The notes under the pieces were generated by a model. The model saw nothing but the letters and a program-made list of their open reading frames with translations. It made no database searches and was not told the DNA's origin. A DNA stretch of 64,000 bases, from contig JAVRCV020000059.1 in the NCBI GenBank assembly GCA_034530615.2, forward strand, positions 1 to 64,000, given 5' to 3'. The translations under genes and the position numbers were made by a program. This DNA is from Aulosira sp. ZfuVER01. Lineage in GTDB: Bacteria > Cyanobacteriota > Cyanobacteriia > Cyanobacteriales > Nostocaceae. Below are positions 49,564 through 60,617 of this stretch, in pieces (position 1 is the first letter of the stretch; every line of letters starts with the position of its first letter).

Positions 49564-51084
49564 ATGACTCCTCAAACTTCCACCCAAACTCCCTTCACCA
49601 CCGCAAAAATTAACAACCTGCGAACCTACATCAAAAAAACTTGGAAAACCTTAACACGATCGCACGCACATTTACTCCAATCTGCCAAAGATACCAAGCT
49701 AGAACACAAACCTGGAACTCCCTGGATTATCTACATTTCCCCCAGAGAAGATTGTCCCAATGTTCAGTCTGTATTAGAGCGATCGCTTTCTCAAGAAGAC
49801 ATCCGCCAAATTGAAATTCGCACTCTACCCCCGGAAGCCGAAGCCATCAAAGAACATGGATTGCTTTACCTACCAGGCCCTTACGTTGTCCCTGGTGGAC
49901 GCTTTAACGAAATGTATGGCTGGGATAGCTACTTTATTTTGCTGGGGTTGTTGCGCGACGGAGAATTGGATTTAGCGCAAAGTCAAGTCGATCAGCTACT
50001 TTACCAAGTGCAGCATTACGGCACAATCCTCAATTCCAACCGTACTTATATGCTGTCGCGATCGCAACCCCCAGTTCTCAGCCTGATGGTTTTAGCGTTA
50101 TTCCAACATACCAAGGATGAAGAGTGGTTGAGGTCAGCTTTACCATTGTTAGAACAGTTTTACTATTACTGGGTAGTTCCGCCCCATCTCAACCCCGCAA
50201 CAGGTTTATCTCGATATTATGCTTTGGGTGAAGGCCCTGCGCCAGAAGTTGTATTTTCTGAACGGGATGAAGAGGGAAAAAGCCACTACGACCGTGTTAA
50301 GGAATATTACCAAAGATTTGAGATTGAAGATTATGATGTCAGTCTTTACTACGACAAAGAAAATGATGAACTAAGCAATCTATTTTACAAAGGCGATCGC
50401 ACAATGCGCGAATCCGGCTTTGATATCAGCAATCGCTTTGGCCCTTTTAGTATCGATATTATCCATTATGCGCCTGTGTGCCTCAACAGTTTGCTTTATC
50501 AAATGGAACAAGATTTGGCACAGATTAACGATATTTTAGGTAACGAAGAACTAGCGCAGCAATGGCGCGATCGCGCAGATGAAAGACGCGATCGCATCGA
50601 TCAATTTCTTTGGGATGAAAAACAGGGGTTATATCTTGACTATCATTTCCAAACTGAGACACGCCGCCAGTACGAATTTGCTACTACCTTCTATCCCCTC
50701 TGGGTAGGAGTCGCTTCCGAAACCCAAGCCAAACGAGTTGCAGAAAATCTCTCTATATTTGAAGCACCAGGCGGAATATTTACGAGTAGCCGTGTCACAG
50801 GTAATCAGTGGGATGCACCTTTTGGTTGGGCACCTTTGACATTAATTGCCGTTCAAGGATTGCACCGTTATGGCTATCATCAAGAAGGCGATCGCATTGC
50901 GCGTAAGTTCCTAGCTATGGTAGTTAAGGAATTTGAGCGTCGGGGTATCTTAGTGGAAAAATACGATGTAGAACGTTGTTCTGCCAACGTTTCTGACGAA
51001 ATCTGCTTTGGTTACAGTTCAAACGAAATCGGCTTTGGCTGGACTAATGGTGTTGTACTAGAACTCCTAGCAAGTTTGACTTGA
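49564..51084 (+). CDS. treH: Alpha,alpha-trehalase (GH37)
   Basis: PGGRFNEMYGWDSY, RSQPP, ESGFD, QWDAPFGWAP, GFGWTNG; follows treZ-treY. Confidence 0.93.
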   Translation: MTPQTSTQTPFTTAKINNLRTYIKKTWKTLTRSHAHLLQSAKDTKLEHKPGTPWIIYISPREDCPNVQSVLERSLSQEDIRQIEIRTLPPEAEAIKEHGLLYLPGPYVVPGGRFNEMYGWDSYFILLGLLRDGELDLAQSQVDQLLYQVQHYGTILNSNRTYMLSRSQPPVLSLMVLALFQHTKDEEWLRSALPLLEQFYYYWVVPPHLNPATGLSRYYALGEGPAPEVVFSERDEEGKSHYDRVKEYYQRFEIEDYDVSLYYDKENDELSNLFYKGDRTMRESGFDISNRFGPFSIDIIHYAPVCLNSLLYQMEQDLAQINDILGNEELAQQWRDRADERRDRIDQFLWDEKQGLYLDYHFQTETRRQYEFATTFYPLWVGVASETQAKRVAENLSIFEAPGGIFTSSRVTGNQWDAPFGWAPLTLIAVQGLHRYGYHQEGDRIARKFLAMVVKEFERRGILVEKYDVERCSANVSDEICFGYSSNEIGFGWTNGVVLELLASLT

Positions 51085-51288
51085 GACTGCGTAAGTTCTC
51101 ATCAAAAAGAACCGCAGATTCAGAGGCTGTTTGTCAAGGATTATGAAGTCAGCTTCTGTGGTAACAAACCATGACAAAATACAGATGAGATGCACAACTT
51201 TTACCCCGCGCATCTCATCTCAATGCAATTAATGTTTGCAACTTCCGAAGCAACTCAAGATGCTTCTTACCCTCATCTGTTATTCAGC

Positions 51289-52128
51289 TTAGCTGTTTGC
51301 GGCAAGTTCGTCCTTTTTTTTCGTAAGTTCTTTCTTTCTTCTACCGACTTTAAAACTAGCCAAACCAACTCCGCTCAGAAGTACACCGGCTATAGTACTA
51401 GGTTCAGGTACATCACGGGGAATATCAATAGTTCCCTGGATTGTGGTATTTCCTATATAAGGAAGACCACTAATACCATGTTCCACATAAGTAAGCTTAC
51501 CAGTCGCTCCTTCAAACAGGCCTTCCCCTCCAATAATATCGATAGTCCCTAAATTTGTTACGTGTATTACACCATCAATGACTTCCTCTGTAACATTAGC
51601 TAATTCAGTACCAAACAATTTATTGGGACCACTTCCTGCTAGAGTTAAATATCCAGGTGGTAGTTCTGGATAGTTTTGCTTAAGGAAAGGAAAATAATTG
51701 GGATCTGTACTACCCGTTGAAGACTGATAAGTATACTTGCCAGGATTATTAGGATCGGGAATAAAAACATCGTGCAAGTAAACCGAACCAAAGAATTTTG
51801 TTAGCCCATAGGGTGCATCCAAAGTTTCGCTAGGAGTACCTTGATCGATTAAGGGATTAACCTCAATTTTTAGATATTCTTGAGGACCATTATTAGGATA
51901 GCTGGTAATTACTCCTGGGAAGAATTGACCATAATCTAACGAGCTATCCAATAGATTATATAGATTGTAAGTTGTTGGTTTAAAGGTAAGCGTACTTGCT
52001 TGGGCTGGCGCAGACTGAATAGCAAAACTGCCTAAGGTAATAGCTAGGGGAGCGAGCAGTAATTGGCGAGCTTTTTGCATGATATTGCGATCGCTAAACT
52101 TATCACGATGGCGAATGATTTTTTGCAT
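51289..52128 (-). CDS. PEP-CTERM sorting domain protein (start may be 52080)
   Basis: Signal peptide (..APAQA), C-terminal VPEPSTIAG + TM + RRKK. Confidence 0.9.
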   Translation of the reverse strand: MQKIIRHRDKFSDRNIMQKARQLLLAPLAITLGSFAIQSAPAQASTLTFKPTTYNLYNLLDSSLDYGQFFPGVITSYPNNGPQEYLKIEVNPLIDQGTPSETLDAPYGLTKFFGSVYLHDVFIPDPNNPGKYTYQSSTGSTDPNYFPFLKQNYPELPPGYLTLAGSGPNKLFGTELANVTEEVIDGVIHVTNLGTIDIIGGEGLFEGATGKLTYVEHGISGLPYIGNTTIQGTIDIPRDVPEPSTIAGVLLSGVGLASFKVGRRKKELTKKKDELAANS

Positions 52129-52539
52129 AACTTAATAAGTTTTTCAGACGCAGTTTAATATGTTTACGATAAAAACAATACCATTAAAAATGGTGCAAAC
52201 TAAATCACAAAAGAAAATGTTTATTTTCTTGTATTAATTTCTGAACAGATTTTAAACAAGCAAATTCCCTATCGATTGCATATCACATACACCCTTCATG
52301 TATAACCTAGAAAATTAGATTAATTATTTCTTGTAAATTCCCCTCATGGGGAAGAACAAGAGATTGTGAAGCTGGAATAATGGATTATGAAGCTGGAATA
52401 AAGTCTCTATAATTTCATACTCTGCATTATTTACATCACTGGGACATGCAAAGCATATCATTATTGAAATTACTACTCTATTGCTTCAAAATCTATTTTC
52501 ATTTGTAGCGATTTTCTGACTTTGCTGTCTTTACATTTC

Positions 52540-52558
52540 TTTAGAGACAGTCTCTAAA
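52540..52558. promoter_or_regulatory. Perfect 9-1-9 palindrome in a divergent intergenic region
   Basis: tttagagac-a-gtctctaaa. Confidence 0.5.
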
Positions 52559-52795
52559 CATCGATATTTATCTATGTTAATTACTGTGCATGTGTGATTC
52601 CCCAATTCTTTGATTCTGATGAAATACAGCAGAAACAGATAAATATGATGAAATACAGCAAATACAGATAAATATCAACTTTTTTCTATCTAGCACATAT
52701 ATGTAAACTAAGCTTAGTTCCAGGACGATAATGAATATCCCAAAGGATTTTTGAATCATCCTGTTACTGAGTTAAATTATGCATTCTGCCCAGAG

Positions 52796-54583
52796 ATGAT
52801 ATTTGCTATTATTCGACATCCAAAGCGGTTAGTTGCCTTAGTGCTGGCTTGTTTTCTTATTATCGTAGGTTGTCAGCCAGCGAAGTTTCAAACTAAAGCA
52901 GCTCAAGTATCTCAACTAGTTCTAGTATCTCTCAGTGAACCAGCTACTTTTAACTATGCCATTAATGACTCGCCCTATAGTGTTTTTCCCTTCATCTATA
53001 GGGGATTACTAGATGAAAATGTCATTACTAGCAAGTTAGAACCAGCGCTAGCAGAGTCTTGGTCAATTTCTCCGGATAAAAAGCGCATTACTTTTACCCT
53101 GAGAAAAGGGCTAAAGTGGTCAGATGGGGAACCGCTAACAGCAGATGATGTTGTGTTTAGCTATCGGGATATTTACCTCAACAAAAAAATTCCCACGACA
53201 TCTAGAGATTTACTGCGTATTGGAGATACAGGCGCTTTTCCATCGGTACAAAAACTCGATGAACGACGAGTTGAGTTTACTTTGCCTACACCATTTGCTC
53301 CTTTTTTAAGATATACAGAAAGATTAGCAATTCTGCCAGCCCATGCTTTGCGTTCTGCTGTGTTCTCTAATGATGCTAATGGCAATCCCCAATTTTTATC
53401 GATGTGGGGAACGAATACAGATCCGCAAAAAATTATCTGTAATGGTTCTTATACAATTGAAAGCTACACTCCTGCGCAACGAGTTACATTTCGACGTAAT
53501 CCTTACTATTGGCGCAAAGATACTCAGGGTAATTCTCAACCTTACATTGAACGCATTATCTGGCAAATTATTTCCTCTACGGACAATCAATTACTAAGAT
53601 TTCGTTCTGGGGAATTAGATAGCCTGAATGTCACACCATCAGATTTTGGGTTGTTGAAGCGAGAAGAAAAGCGCGGCAAATATACTATTTATAATGGCGG
53701 GCCTAGTAGTGGTTTTTCGTTTGTTGGTTTCAATCTTAATCAAGCTCGCAATGCTCAAGGCAAACCTTTTGTAGACCCAATCAAATCTCAGTGGTTTAAT
53801 AATTTGGCTTTTAGACAAGCAGTCGCCTATGCTATTGACCGTAACCGAATTAAAACTAACATCTATCGGGGATTAGGTGAAATACAGCATTCATCAATAG
53901 CTGTCCAAAGTCCTTATTATTTATCTCCGCAAGCAGGGTTAAAAGTTTACAGTTATAATCCCAATAAAGCAAGGGAAATGCTGTTATCGGCAGGTTTTCA
54001 GTACAATTCCCAAAAAGAACTATTAGATGGGAATGCGAATCGAGTTGAATTTGAAATGCTGGTAAAATCTGAGGATCAGTCAAGGATAGACGCAGCTGTT
54101 CAAATTCAACGAGACCTGAGTCAGATTGGAATCAAGGCCAATTTGCAGGTAGTTAGCTTTAATGTTGTACTGCGAAGGTTACTATCGCGACGCGATTGGG
54201 ATTGTTACGTTGGTGCATTTGGCGCTACAGGCGCAGATGTAGAACCTCATTTCCTCAACCTGTTTTGGTCTAGTCGCGGCTCATTTCATCAATTCAACCA
54301 AGGGCCGCAACCAGGCGCACCGCCAATTCAGGGATGGGTGGTTTCTGATTGGGAGAAAGAGATTGACAGTCTGTTCAACGCAGGTGTCCAAGAACTCGAT
54401 GAGAAAAAGCGTCAGGCGATTTATGGACGATTTCAGCAAATAGTTGCGGAACAGTTACCTGTGTTTTTCTTAGTCAATCCCATATCTTTGCAAGCAGTGC
54501 GCGATCGCGTCGCCAATATCAAGTATTCTGGCTTAGGTTCTGTCTTTTGGAACATTGACGAATGGCAAATTACAGAAAAATAA
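52796..54583 (+). CDS. ABC transporter substrate-binding lipoprotein (family 5, OppA/DppA-like)
   Basis: Lipobox IVGC, PALAESW, LRKGLKWSDGEPLTADDV, AFRQAVAYAIDR. Confidence 0.93.
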   Translation: MIFAIIRHPKRLVALVLACFLIIVGCQPAKFQTKAAQVSQLVLVSLSEPATFNYAINDSPYSVFPFIYRGLLDENVITSKLEPALAESWSISPDKKRITFTLRKGLKWSDGEPLTADDVVFSYRDIYLNKKIPTTSRDLLRIGDTGAFPSVQKLDERRVEFTLPTPFAPFLRYTERLAILPAHALRSAVFSNDANGNPQFLSMWGTNTDPQKIICNGSYTIESYTPAQRVTFRRNPYYWRKDTQGNSQPYIERIIWQIISSTDNQLLRFRSGELDSLNVTPSDFGLLKREEKRGKYTIYNGGPSSGFSFVGFNLNQARNAQGKPFVDPIKSQWFNNLAFRQAVAYAIDRNRIKTNIYRGLGEIQHSSIAVQSPYYLSPQAGLKVYSYNPNKAREMLLSAGFQYNSQKELLDGNANRVEFEMLVKSEDQSRIDAAVQIQRDLSQIGIKANLQVVSFNVVLRRLLSRRDWDCYVGAFGATGADVEPHFLNLFWSSRGSFHQFNQGPQPGAPPIQGWVVSDWEKEIDSLFNAGVQELDEKKRQAIYGRFQQIVAEQLPVFFLVNPISLQAVRDRVANIKYSGLGSVFWNIDEWQITEK

Positions 54584-54657
54584 CAAAGGTGCGATCGCCT
54601 TTTGCCATTACTCAGGAAAACTATGGCTAATTTAGGATTGGGGTAAATTTTATTTTT

Positions 54658-54687
54658 TTTAACCGTTTCCTAGCTATTTCTTAACTT
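54658..54687 (+). promoter_or_regulatory. Cyanobacterial Pho-box-like triple repeat (SphR/PhoB)
   Basis: TTTAACCG-ttt-CCTAGCTA-ttt-CTTAACTT, 11-nt period, resembles PyTTAAPyPy(T/A). Confidence 0.6.
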
Positions 54688-54988
54688 TACCAGGATAACT
54701 TGAGGACACAATCACGATTGGGCCTGTTTTTAATTGTGTACTCTTAATATTCGAGATATCCAACTATTATTCTTTCTTTGTGTCTCTGCATGAGACTAAT
54801 TCTTTCTGCTACTCAGCAAATATGTTAACTACAGATAGTATTTTTAAATTAAAATTACCATCTTATTTTTAGTAACCGCCAAGGAGAAAAAAAGAGAATT
54901 GTTTGAATCATGTTTATTGTTTAAATCAAATTTTATAAATACCACTTTAAAATGAAAAATTTTATTCTAAAAATATCAAAGCTAATCT

Positions 54989-57900
54989 ATGCCAACTACC
55001 AAGACAATTCGCTTTTCCCAATTCAATGCTTCCCTAAATCGCAATGCTGACGGTGAGTTAATCACATATTTATCAACACCTAACAATGCTCAAGCGAAAG
55101 CCGTTGCAGAAATTATCCAGCGTAATAATCCTGATATATTATTAGTCAACGAGTTCGATTACGTACAAAAAAATCCTCTACAGGCAGTTCAATTATTCCA
55201 GCAAAATTATCTTGCTATCAGTCAAAATGGTGCAACTCCTGTTAACTATCCCTACTTTTATATTGCTCCTAGTAATACAGGAATTGCTTCTGGATTTGAC
55301 TTAAATAATGATGGTAAAGTTGTTACAACCCCAGGTGCATCAGGATACGGGGATGATGCTTTTGGATTTGGTAATTTCCCTGGTCAATATGGGATGTTGC
55401 TACTTTCTAAATATCCTATCGACACTGTTAATGTCCGCACCTTCCAAAATTTTCTTTGGAAGGATATGCCAGAATCTTTACTTTCTACTATCTCAACTCT
55501 TAATTCTAATACTTCCTGGTATTCGGCAGAAGAACAAAACGCCTTACGCCTTTCTTCCAAGAGTCATTGGGATGTACCGATAAAAGTGAACGGTGAGACA
55601 ATTCACGTTCTTGTTAGTCATCCTACACCACCAACCTTTGACGGAACCGAAGACCGCAACGGTAAGCGCAATCATGACGAGATTCGCTTTTGGGCAGATT
55701 ATATCACCCCTGGTAAAGGCGACTACATTTATGATGATGCAGGTAAAAAAGGTGGGATTGCTGCTGGTTCTAGCTTTGTGATTATGGGCGATCAAAATGC
55801 TGACCCTGTAGATGGTGATAGTTATGACAATGCAATTCGCCAACTTTTACAAAATCCTGGCATAAATACTAATGTTATTCCCACCAGTCCCGGCGCACCA
55901 CAACAAGCAGCTTTACAGGGTGGTGCAAACGCTAGCCAAAAAGGTAATCCTTATTTTGATACCGCAGATTTTGCAGATACGGCTCCCGGTAATCTGCGGA
56001 CTGATTATGTACTACCCTCCGCTGATTTGACGATTAGTAATTCCGCAGTGTTCTGGCCTGTAAATGATGACTCAACGTTTCCTTTAGTAGGTACTTTTCC
56101 TTTCCCCAGTTCTGACCATCGTTTAGTATTCGCAGATGTGGAAGTGGGAACAACGACACCAGGGAAAACTATTCCTAGTGCAGGATTTATCGGACAGACG
56201 ATCTTACCTACAGGCTTTATTCCCTCTGGTGTGGCGGGAACGGTAAATGGGGTAGAAGCAGTGTTGGGTGGGTTGTCTGGTGTCGCCTATGATGCGACTA
56301 AAAACCAATTTTATGCGATCGCAGACGATCGCTCTCAATTTGCTCCCGCCCGCTTTTATACTTTTACTACCGATCCTGCAAGCATTGCCACAACTGGGGT
56401 AAATTTCACCAACGTTACACCCCTAAAGGATACTAATGGCAATTTATTTGCACTCAACAGCATCGATCCAGAAGGCATTGCTTTAACTAACAATGGTACA
56501 GTTTTCATTTCCTCTGAGGGTGAGGTGAATCCTGGTGTGGGTCGTGTGACCAATCCCTTCATTAAAGAATTTTCCCTCACTACGGGGCAAGAAGTGCGAT
56601 CGCTTTCTGTCCCCAAGAAGTTTTTACCAGTAGTTCAGGACACTAACGCTAACGGTGTTGTCGATGCTGGCGATACCCAAACCGCAGGCGTTTACAATAA
56701 CTTAGCGTTTGAAAGCCTCACCATCACACCTGATCAAAAAACTCTCTTCACCGCCACAGAAAACGCTTTATTTCAAGATGGGCCAAAGGTTTCCCCTACA
56801 ACTGGTAGCCGATCGCGGATTTTGCAATACAATCTGGTAACTGGACAGCCAGAAAAGGAATATCTCTACATTACCGATGCATCTGTCACCCCAAACCCAG
56901 CGACAGGTGCAACTGATAACGGCTTGGTGGATTTATTAGCTATTGATAATCGGGGTACATTACTAGCGTTAGAACGTTCTTTTGCCCAAGGTGTAGGGAA
57001 CACAATCAAAATCTACGAAATTTCCTTACAAGGTGCAACGGATATTAGCAGTATCGACTCACTCAGCAGTTTGAGCGAAACTCAAATAGCTGCGATCGCA
57101 CCAACCCAAAAGCGTCTACTGTTGAATTTAAATGACCTAAATCTGCCGACTGGTACAGATAATATCGAGGGTATAGCTTTTGGGCCGAAATTAGCCGACA
57201 GTCGTCAATCGATTGTTTTGGTAAGTGATAACAACTTTAATACAAGCCAATTTACGCAAATTCTGACTTTGAATGCAGATTTAGTAACTACCGCCGCACC
57301 GATAGTAGAAACTCGTCCTGACTTATTTGACGATGACACATTACCGACAGATCAGCGTGCTGATGCTGATGATCCAGCTATCTATATTAATGCCAATAAC
57401 GCTGCTGATAGCCTAGTTCTGACTTCAGTGAAAAATGCCGGACTGCGGGTTTATGACTTGTCTGGTAAACTGTTGCAGGAAGTGAATCCTGGAGGAATTC
57501 GCTACAACAACATTGATTTGCAATATGGATTTAAATTGGGTAATGAAAAAATAGATATTGCTGTGGCGAGCGATCGCGGTAACGATAAACTAGCAATATT
57601 CAAAATTAACCCCAATCCCAGCACCCCAGGTAAGTATCTAGAAGATATTAGCGATCGCAGTCTTGGTACTATCTTTCAAGCACCACCATTTTTTGCTCCC
57701 TATTCCTCATCCTCTCGCAGTGCTTATGGGTTAGCTTTATATCGTAGTCCCATCACCAATGATTACTATGTCTTTACCAGCCGCCGAGAAACCGGAGATA
57801 TAGCGCAGTTTAAACTGATTGACAAAGGTAATGGCAAAATTGGTGCTGAACGAGTGCGAGAGTTTACCATTCCTTCCCCTTCCGATCCTGAACGTTCTGC

Positions 57901-60427
57901 TCAAACAGAAGGTATGGTGGTAGATCAAGAAACAGGCTTCCTCTACATTGGACAAGAAGATGTAGGTATTTGGAAGTTCCAAGCCGAACCCAATGGTAGT
58001 AATACAGGTAAGCTAATTGATCAAGTCAAAGCTTTGGGTGGTAGTTACCTCAGCGATGACGTAGAAGGTTTGACTATCTACTACGGTAAAAACGGCACAG
58101 GCTATCTGTTAGCTTCCAGCCAAGGTAATAATACCTTTGTTGCTTACACTCGCGAGGGTAACAACGATTATCTGGGTAACTTTGCTGTTGGTAGCAATGG
58201 GGCAATTGATAGTGTACAAGAATCAGATGGTGCGGATGTAATTAACGTACCTCTTGGCCCTAACTTCCCATTTGGTTTATTTGTGACTCAGGACGGTTCT
58301 AATGAACCAGCGAAAATAGTCCAAGATGAAGACGAATTTGAAAATATCAACTCTAACTTTAAGTTAGTACCTTGGGAAAATATCGCTCATGCTTTCCCTA
58401 CTCCTTTAAATATTGATACCACAAGTTACGATCCGCGCAATCCTGTTGCTCAACCGAAGCTAACTATCTATGACTTCAAAGATCTACCAAAATTAGGCAC
58501 AACTTCCAAAGGTGAAGATATTTTCTTGGGTGGTTTTTCTGGGTTGTATTTTCAAGGTATTGCACCTAATGGAAATCTGCGATTTGTTACCCATACAGAT
58601 AGAGGCCCCAATGGCGAACCTGTGGGTGCAAATCGACCATTTTATTTACCTAGCTTCCAACCAGAAATCGTTAATTTTGAACTCAACCGCACCACGGGTG
58701 AGATTACGATTACCAAGCGCACAGGGTTATTTCGTCAAGATGGTACAACCCCATTAACCGGACTACCAAATTTACAAGCTGGGGCGAATGGTACAGCCTA
58801 TACAGATGAAATTGGCGTTGATTTAGATAATAATCTCCTACCTAACGATCCTCTAGGTGCAGATTTAGAGGGAATTGTTGTTGCGAATAATGGTGATTAT
58901 TGGATGGTGGATGAATACCGCCCAGCAATTTACCATTTTGATAGTAACGGTAAATTAATTGAGCGATTTATCCCCAAAGGAACTGCAACTGCACCCAACC
59001 CAAATCGACCAGCCGATACTTTTGGGATTGAAGTATTACCAGAAGTTTACGCCCAGCGCCGCAATAATCGCGGCTTTGAAGCGGTGGCGCTAGAAGGTTC
59101 TAAACTTTATGCGTTTATTCAGAGTCCAATAGATAATCCTGATGTTGCCAATGATGGAACTTCTAAAGCTTCTCGCAACCTGAGAATTTTAGAGTTTAAT
59201 ATTAACAGCAAACAGGTAACAGGCGAGTACTTATATATTCTAGAAGGTCTACCTGGAACTGACAAAATTGGCGATGCGGTTTCCCTTGGTAAGGGCAAAT
59301 TTGCAGTTGTAGAACGAGATGACAATGCTACATCGGCTGGCAACAAATTAATCTACCAAATTGATTTAAAAGGCGCAACAAATATCAATAATTCTGCTAA
59401 ATTTAAATTACCAAATGGTAAGACCATTGAGCAATTAAGTCTGGCTGAATTAGCGACTGCCAAAATTACTCCTGTTAGCAAAAGCTTGATAGCTAATGCT
59501 GCACAGTTGGGTTACACCGGGGTAGAAAAATTGGAGGGTTTAGCATTAGTTGCACCCAACACTTTGGCTTTAATTAATGACAACGATTTTAACGTTACTG
59601 GTAAAACCCCTGCTGAGAGACTAGGACTTCTGGAATTACCTAATAACCTAGTGGTTGCTCAATCTAATATTCAATTTGGTTCTAGCAACAGCGATGATAT
59701 TAGCGTTAAGCCGAATCAAACCGTAATCACAGGTGACGGTGCAGATATTGTAGAGTCTACAGAAGGTAACACCATTATCACAGGTAATGGTGATGATACA
59801 GTATTTGCAGGTAGTAACTCTTCAGCATCTACAGGCGAAGGTAGCGATCGCGTTTTTGTTGGCGCTAATAATCCTGCTAAAAATACGACTGTTAATGGTG
59901 GCGCAGGTAACGATGAACTTACCGTAGTAGAAGCCAATGGGATTAATAACTTGTTTGGTGAAGCAGGTAACGACACCCTCCAAGTCATCGAAGGTTCTCG
60001 TCAAAACCTATATGGTGGTTCCGGTGATGACACTCTCATCAGTAGCGGTAGCAATAACCGTCTCTATGGTGGTACTGGAGATGACAAACTCTTCTCCAAT
60101 TCCAGTGACTCCTTATTTGGTGGTGATGGTGATGATGTGCTATTTGCTGGCGATCGAGGAAATAACCGCTTGACTGGTGGTAATGGCGCTGACTCTTTCT
60201 GGATTGTGAATGCTAGCCTCCCCACCAGTCAGAACATTATCACCGACTTTACCCCAGGAATTGACGTAATTGGGATTGGCGGTATTGGTGTAATTCAGTT
60301 TGGTGATTTGATGCTGTTGCAACAGGGTGATGATACTTTGGTGAAAATCGGCAATACAGAGTTAGCTTCATTGTTGGGAATTACTGCAAATACCCTCACT
60401 ACCAATGACTTCACTTTTATAGCTTGA
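54989..60427 (+). CDS. Multidomain extracellular phosphatase: EEP domain + esterase/phytase-like + beta-propeller phytase + second esterase/phytase-like + RTX Ca-binding tail
   Basis: LVNEFD/GDQNAD/SDHRLV (EEP); GGLSG, DPEGI, NLAFES, SDNNF; DADDPAI, EGMVVD, DVEGL, VTQDG (phytase); DLEGI, NRGFEA, INDNDF; GGxGDD nonapeptides. Confidence 0.9.
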   Translation: MPTTKTIRFSQFNASLNRNADGELITYLSTPNNAQAKAVAEIIQRNNPDILLVNEFDYVQKNPLQAVQLFQQNYLAISQNGATPVNYPYFYIAPSNTGIASGFDLNNDGKVVTTPGASGYGDDAFGFGNFPGQYGMLLLSKYPIDTVNVRTFQNFLWKDMPESLLSTISTLNSNTSWYSAEEQNALRLSSKSHWDVPIKVNGETIHVLVSHPTPPTFDGTEDRNGKRNHDEIRFWADYITPGKGDYIYDDAGKKGGIAAGSSFVIMGDQNADPVDGDSYDNAIRQLLQNPGINTNVIPTSPGAPQQAALQGGANASQKGNPYFDTADFADTAPGNLRTDYVLPSADLTISNSAVFWPVNDDSTFPLVGTFPFPSSDHRLVFADVEVGTTTPGKTIPSAGFIGQTILPTGFIPSGVAGTVNGVEAVLGGLSGVAYDATKNQFYAIADDRSQFAPARFYTFTTDPASIATTGVNFTNVTPLKDTNGNLFALNSIDPEGIALTNNGTVFISSEGEVNPGVGRVTNPFIKEFSLTTGQEVRSLSVPKKFLPVVQDTNANGVVDAGDTQTAGVYNNLAFESLTITPDQKTLFTATENALFQDGPKVSPTTGSRSRILQYNLVTGQPEKEYLYITDASVTPNPATGATDNGLVDLLAIDNRGTLLALERSFAQGVGNTIKIYEISLQGATDISSIDSLSSLSETQIAAIAPTQKRLLLNLNDLNLPTGTDNIEGIAFGPKLADSRQSIVLVSDNNFNTSQFTQILTLNADLVTTAAPIVETRPDLFDDDTLPTDQRADADDPAIYINANNAADSLVLTSVKNAGLRVYDLSGKLLQEVNPGGIRYNNIDLQYGFKLGNEKIDIAVASDRGNDKLAIFKINPNPSTPGKYLEDISDRSLGTIFQAPPFFAPYSSSSRSAYGLALYRSPITNDYYVFTSRRETGDIAQFKLIDKGNGKIGAERVREFTIPSPSDPERSAQTEGMVVDQETGFLYIGQEDVGIWKFQAEPNGSNTGKLIDQVKALGGSYLSDDVEGLTIYYGKNGTGYLLASSQGNNTFVAYTREGNNDYLGNFAVGSNGAIDSVQESDGADVINVPLGPNFPFGLFVTQDGSNEPAKIVQDEDEFENINSNFKLVPWENIAHAFPTPLNIDTTSYDPRNPVAQPKLTIYDFKDLPKLGTTSKGEDIFLGGFSGLYFQGIAPNGNLRFVTHTDRGPNGEPVGANRPFYLPSFQPEIVNFELNRTTGEITITKRTGLFRQDGTTPLTGLPNLQAGANGTAYTDEIGVDLDNNLLPNDPLGADLEGIVVANNGDYWMVDEYRPAIYHFDSNGKLIERFIPKGTATAPNPNRPADTFGIEVLPEVYAQRRNNRGFEAVALEGSKLYAFIQSPIDNPDVANDGTSKASRNLRILEFNINSKQVTGEYLYILEGLPGTDKIGDAVSLGKGKFAVVERDDNATSAGNKLIYQIDLKGATNINNSAKFKLPNGKTIEQLSLAELATAKITPVSKSLIANAAQLGYTGVEKLEGLALVAPNTLALINDNDFNVTGKTPAERLGLLELPNNLVVAQSNIQFGSSNSDDISVKPNQTVITGDGADIVESTEGNTIITGNGDDTVFAGSNSSASTGEGSDRVFVGANNPAKNTTVNGGAGNDELTVVEANGINNLFGEAGNDTLQVIEGSRQNLYGGSGDDTLISSGSNNRLYGGTGDDKLFSNSSDSLFGGDGDDVLFAGDRGNNRLTGGNGADSFWIVNASLPTSQNIITDFTPGIDVIGIGGIGVIQFGDLMLLQQGDDTLVKIGNTELASLLGITANTLTTNDFTFIA

Positions 60428-60489
60428 GTGTTTCAGCTTAATTCAAAATAGGCCTATTGCATCAATTGATTTTTTAAATATCTACCCAA

Positions 60490-60527
60490 AGATGGATACA
60501 GATAAATATCTGTGTCCATCTGTTTTT
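60490..60527 (+). terminator. Intrinsic terminator
   Basis: agatggatacagat-aaat-atctgtgtccatct followed by gttttt. Confidence 0.7.
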
Positions 60528-60617
60528 ATCTATCAATGATAATCGTTATATTCATGACATCTGAAACTTAAGATTTTTGCATTGACCACAAAATGGAACT
60601 GTCTGCAAACATCTAAT

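Noticed and set aside
51190..51552. 120-aa + strand ORF
   Set aside because: Mostly antisense to the PEP-CTERM gene; no recognisable features.
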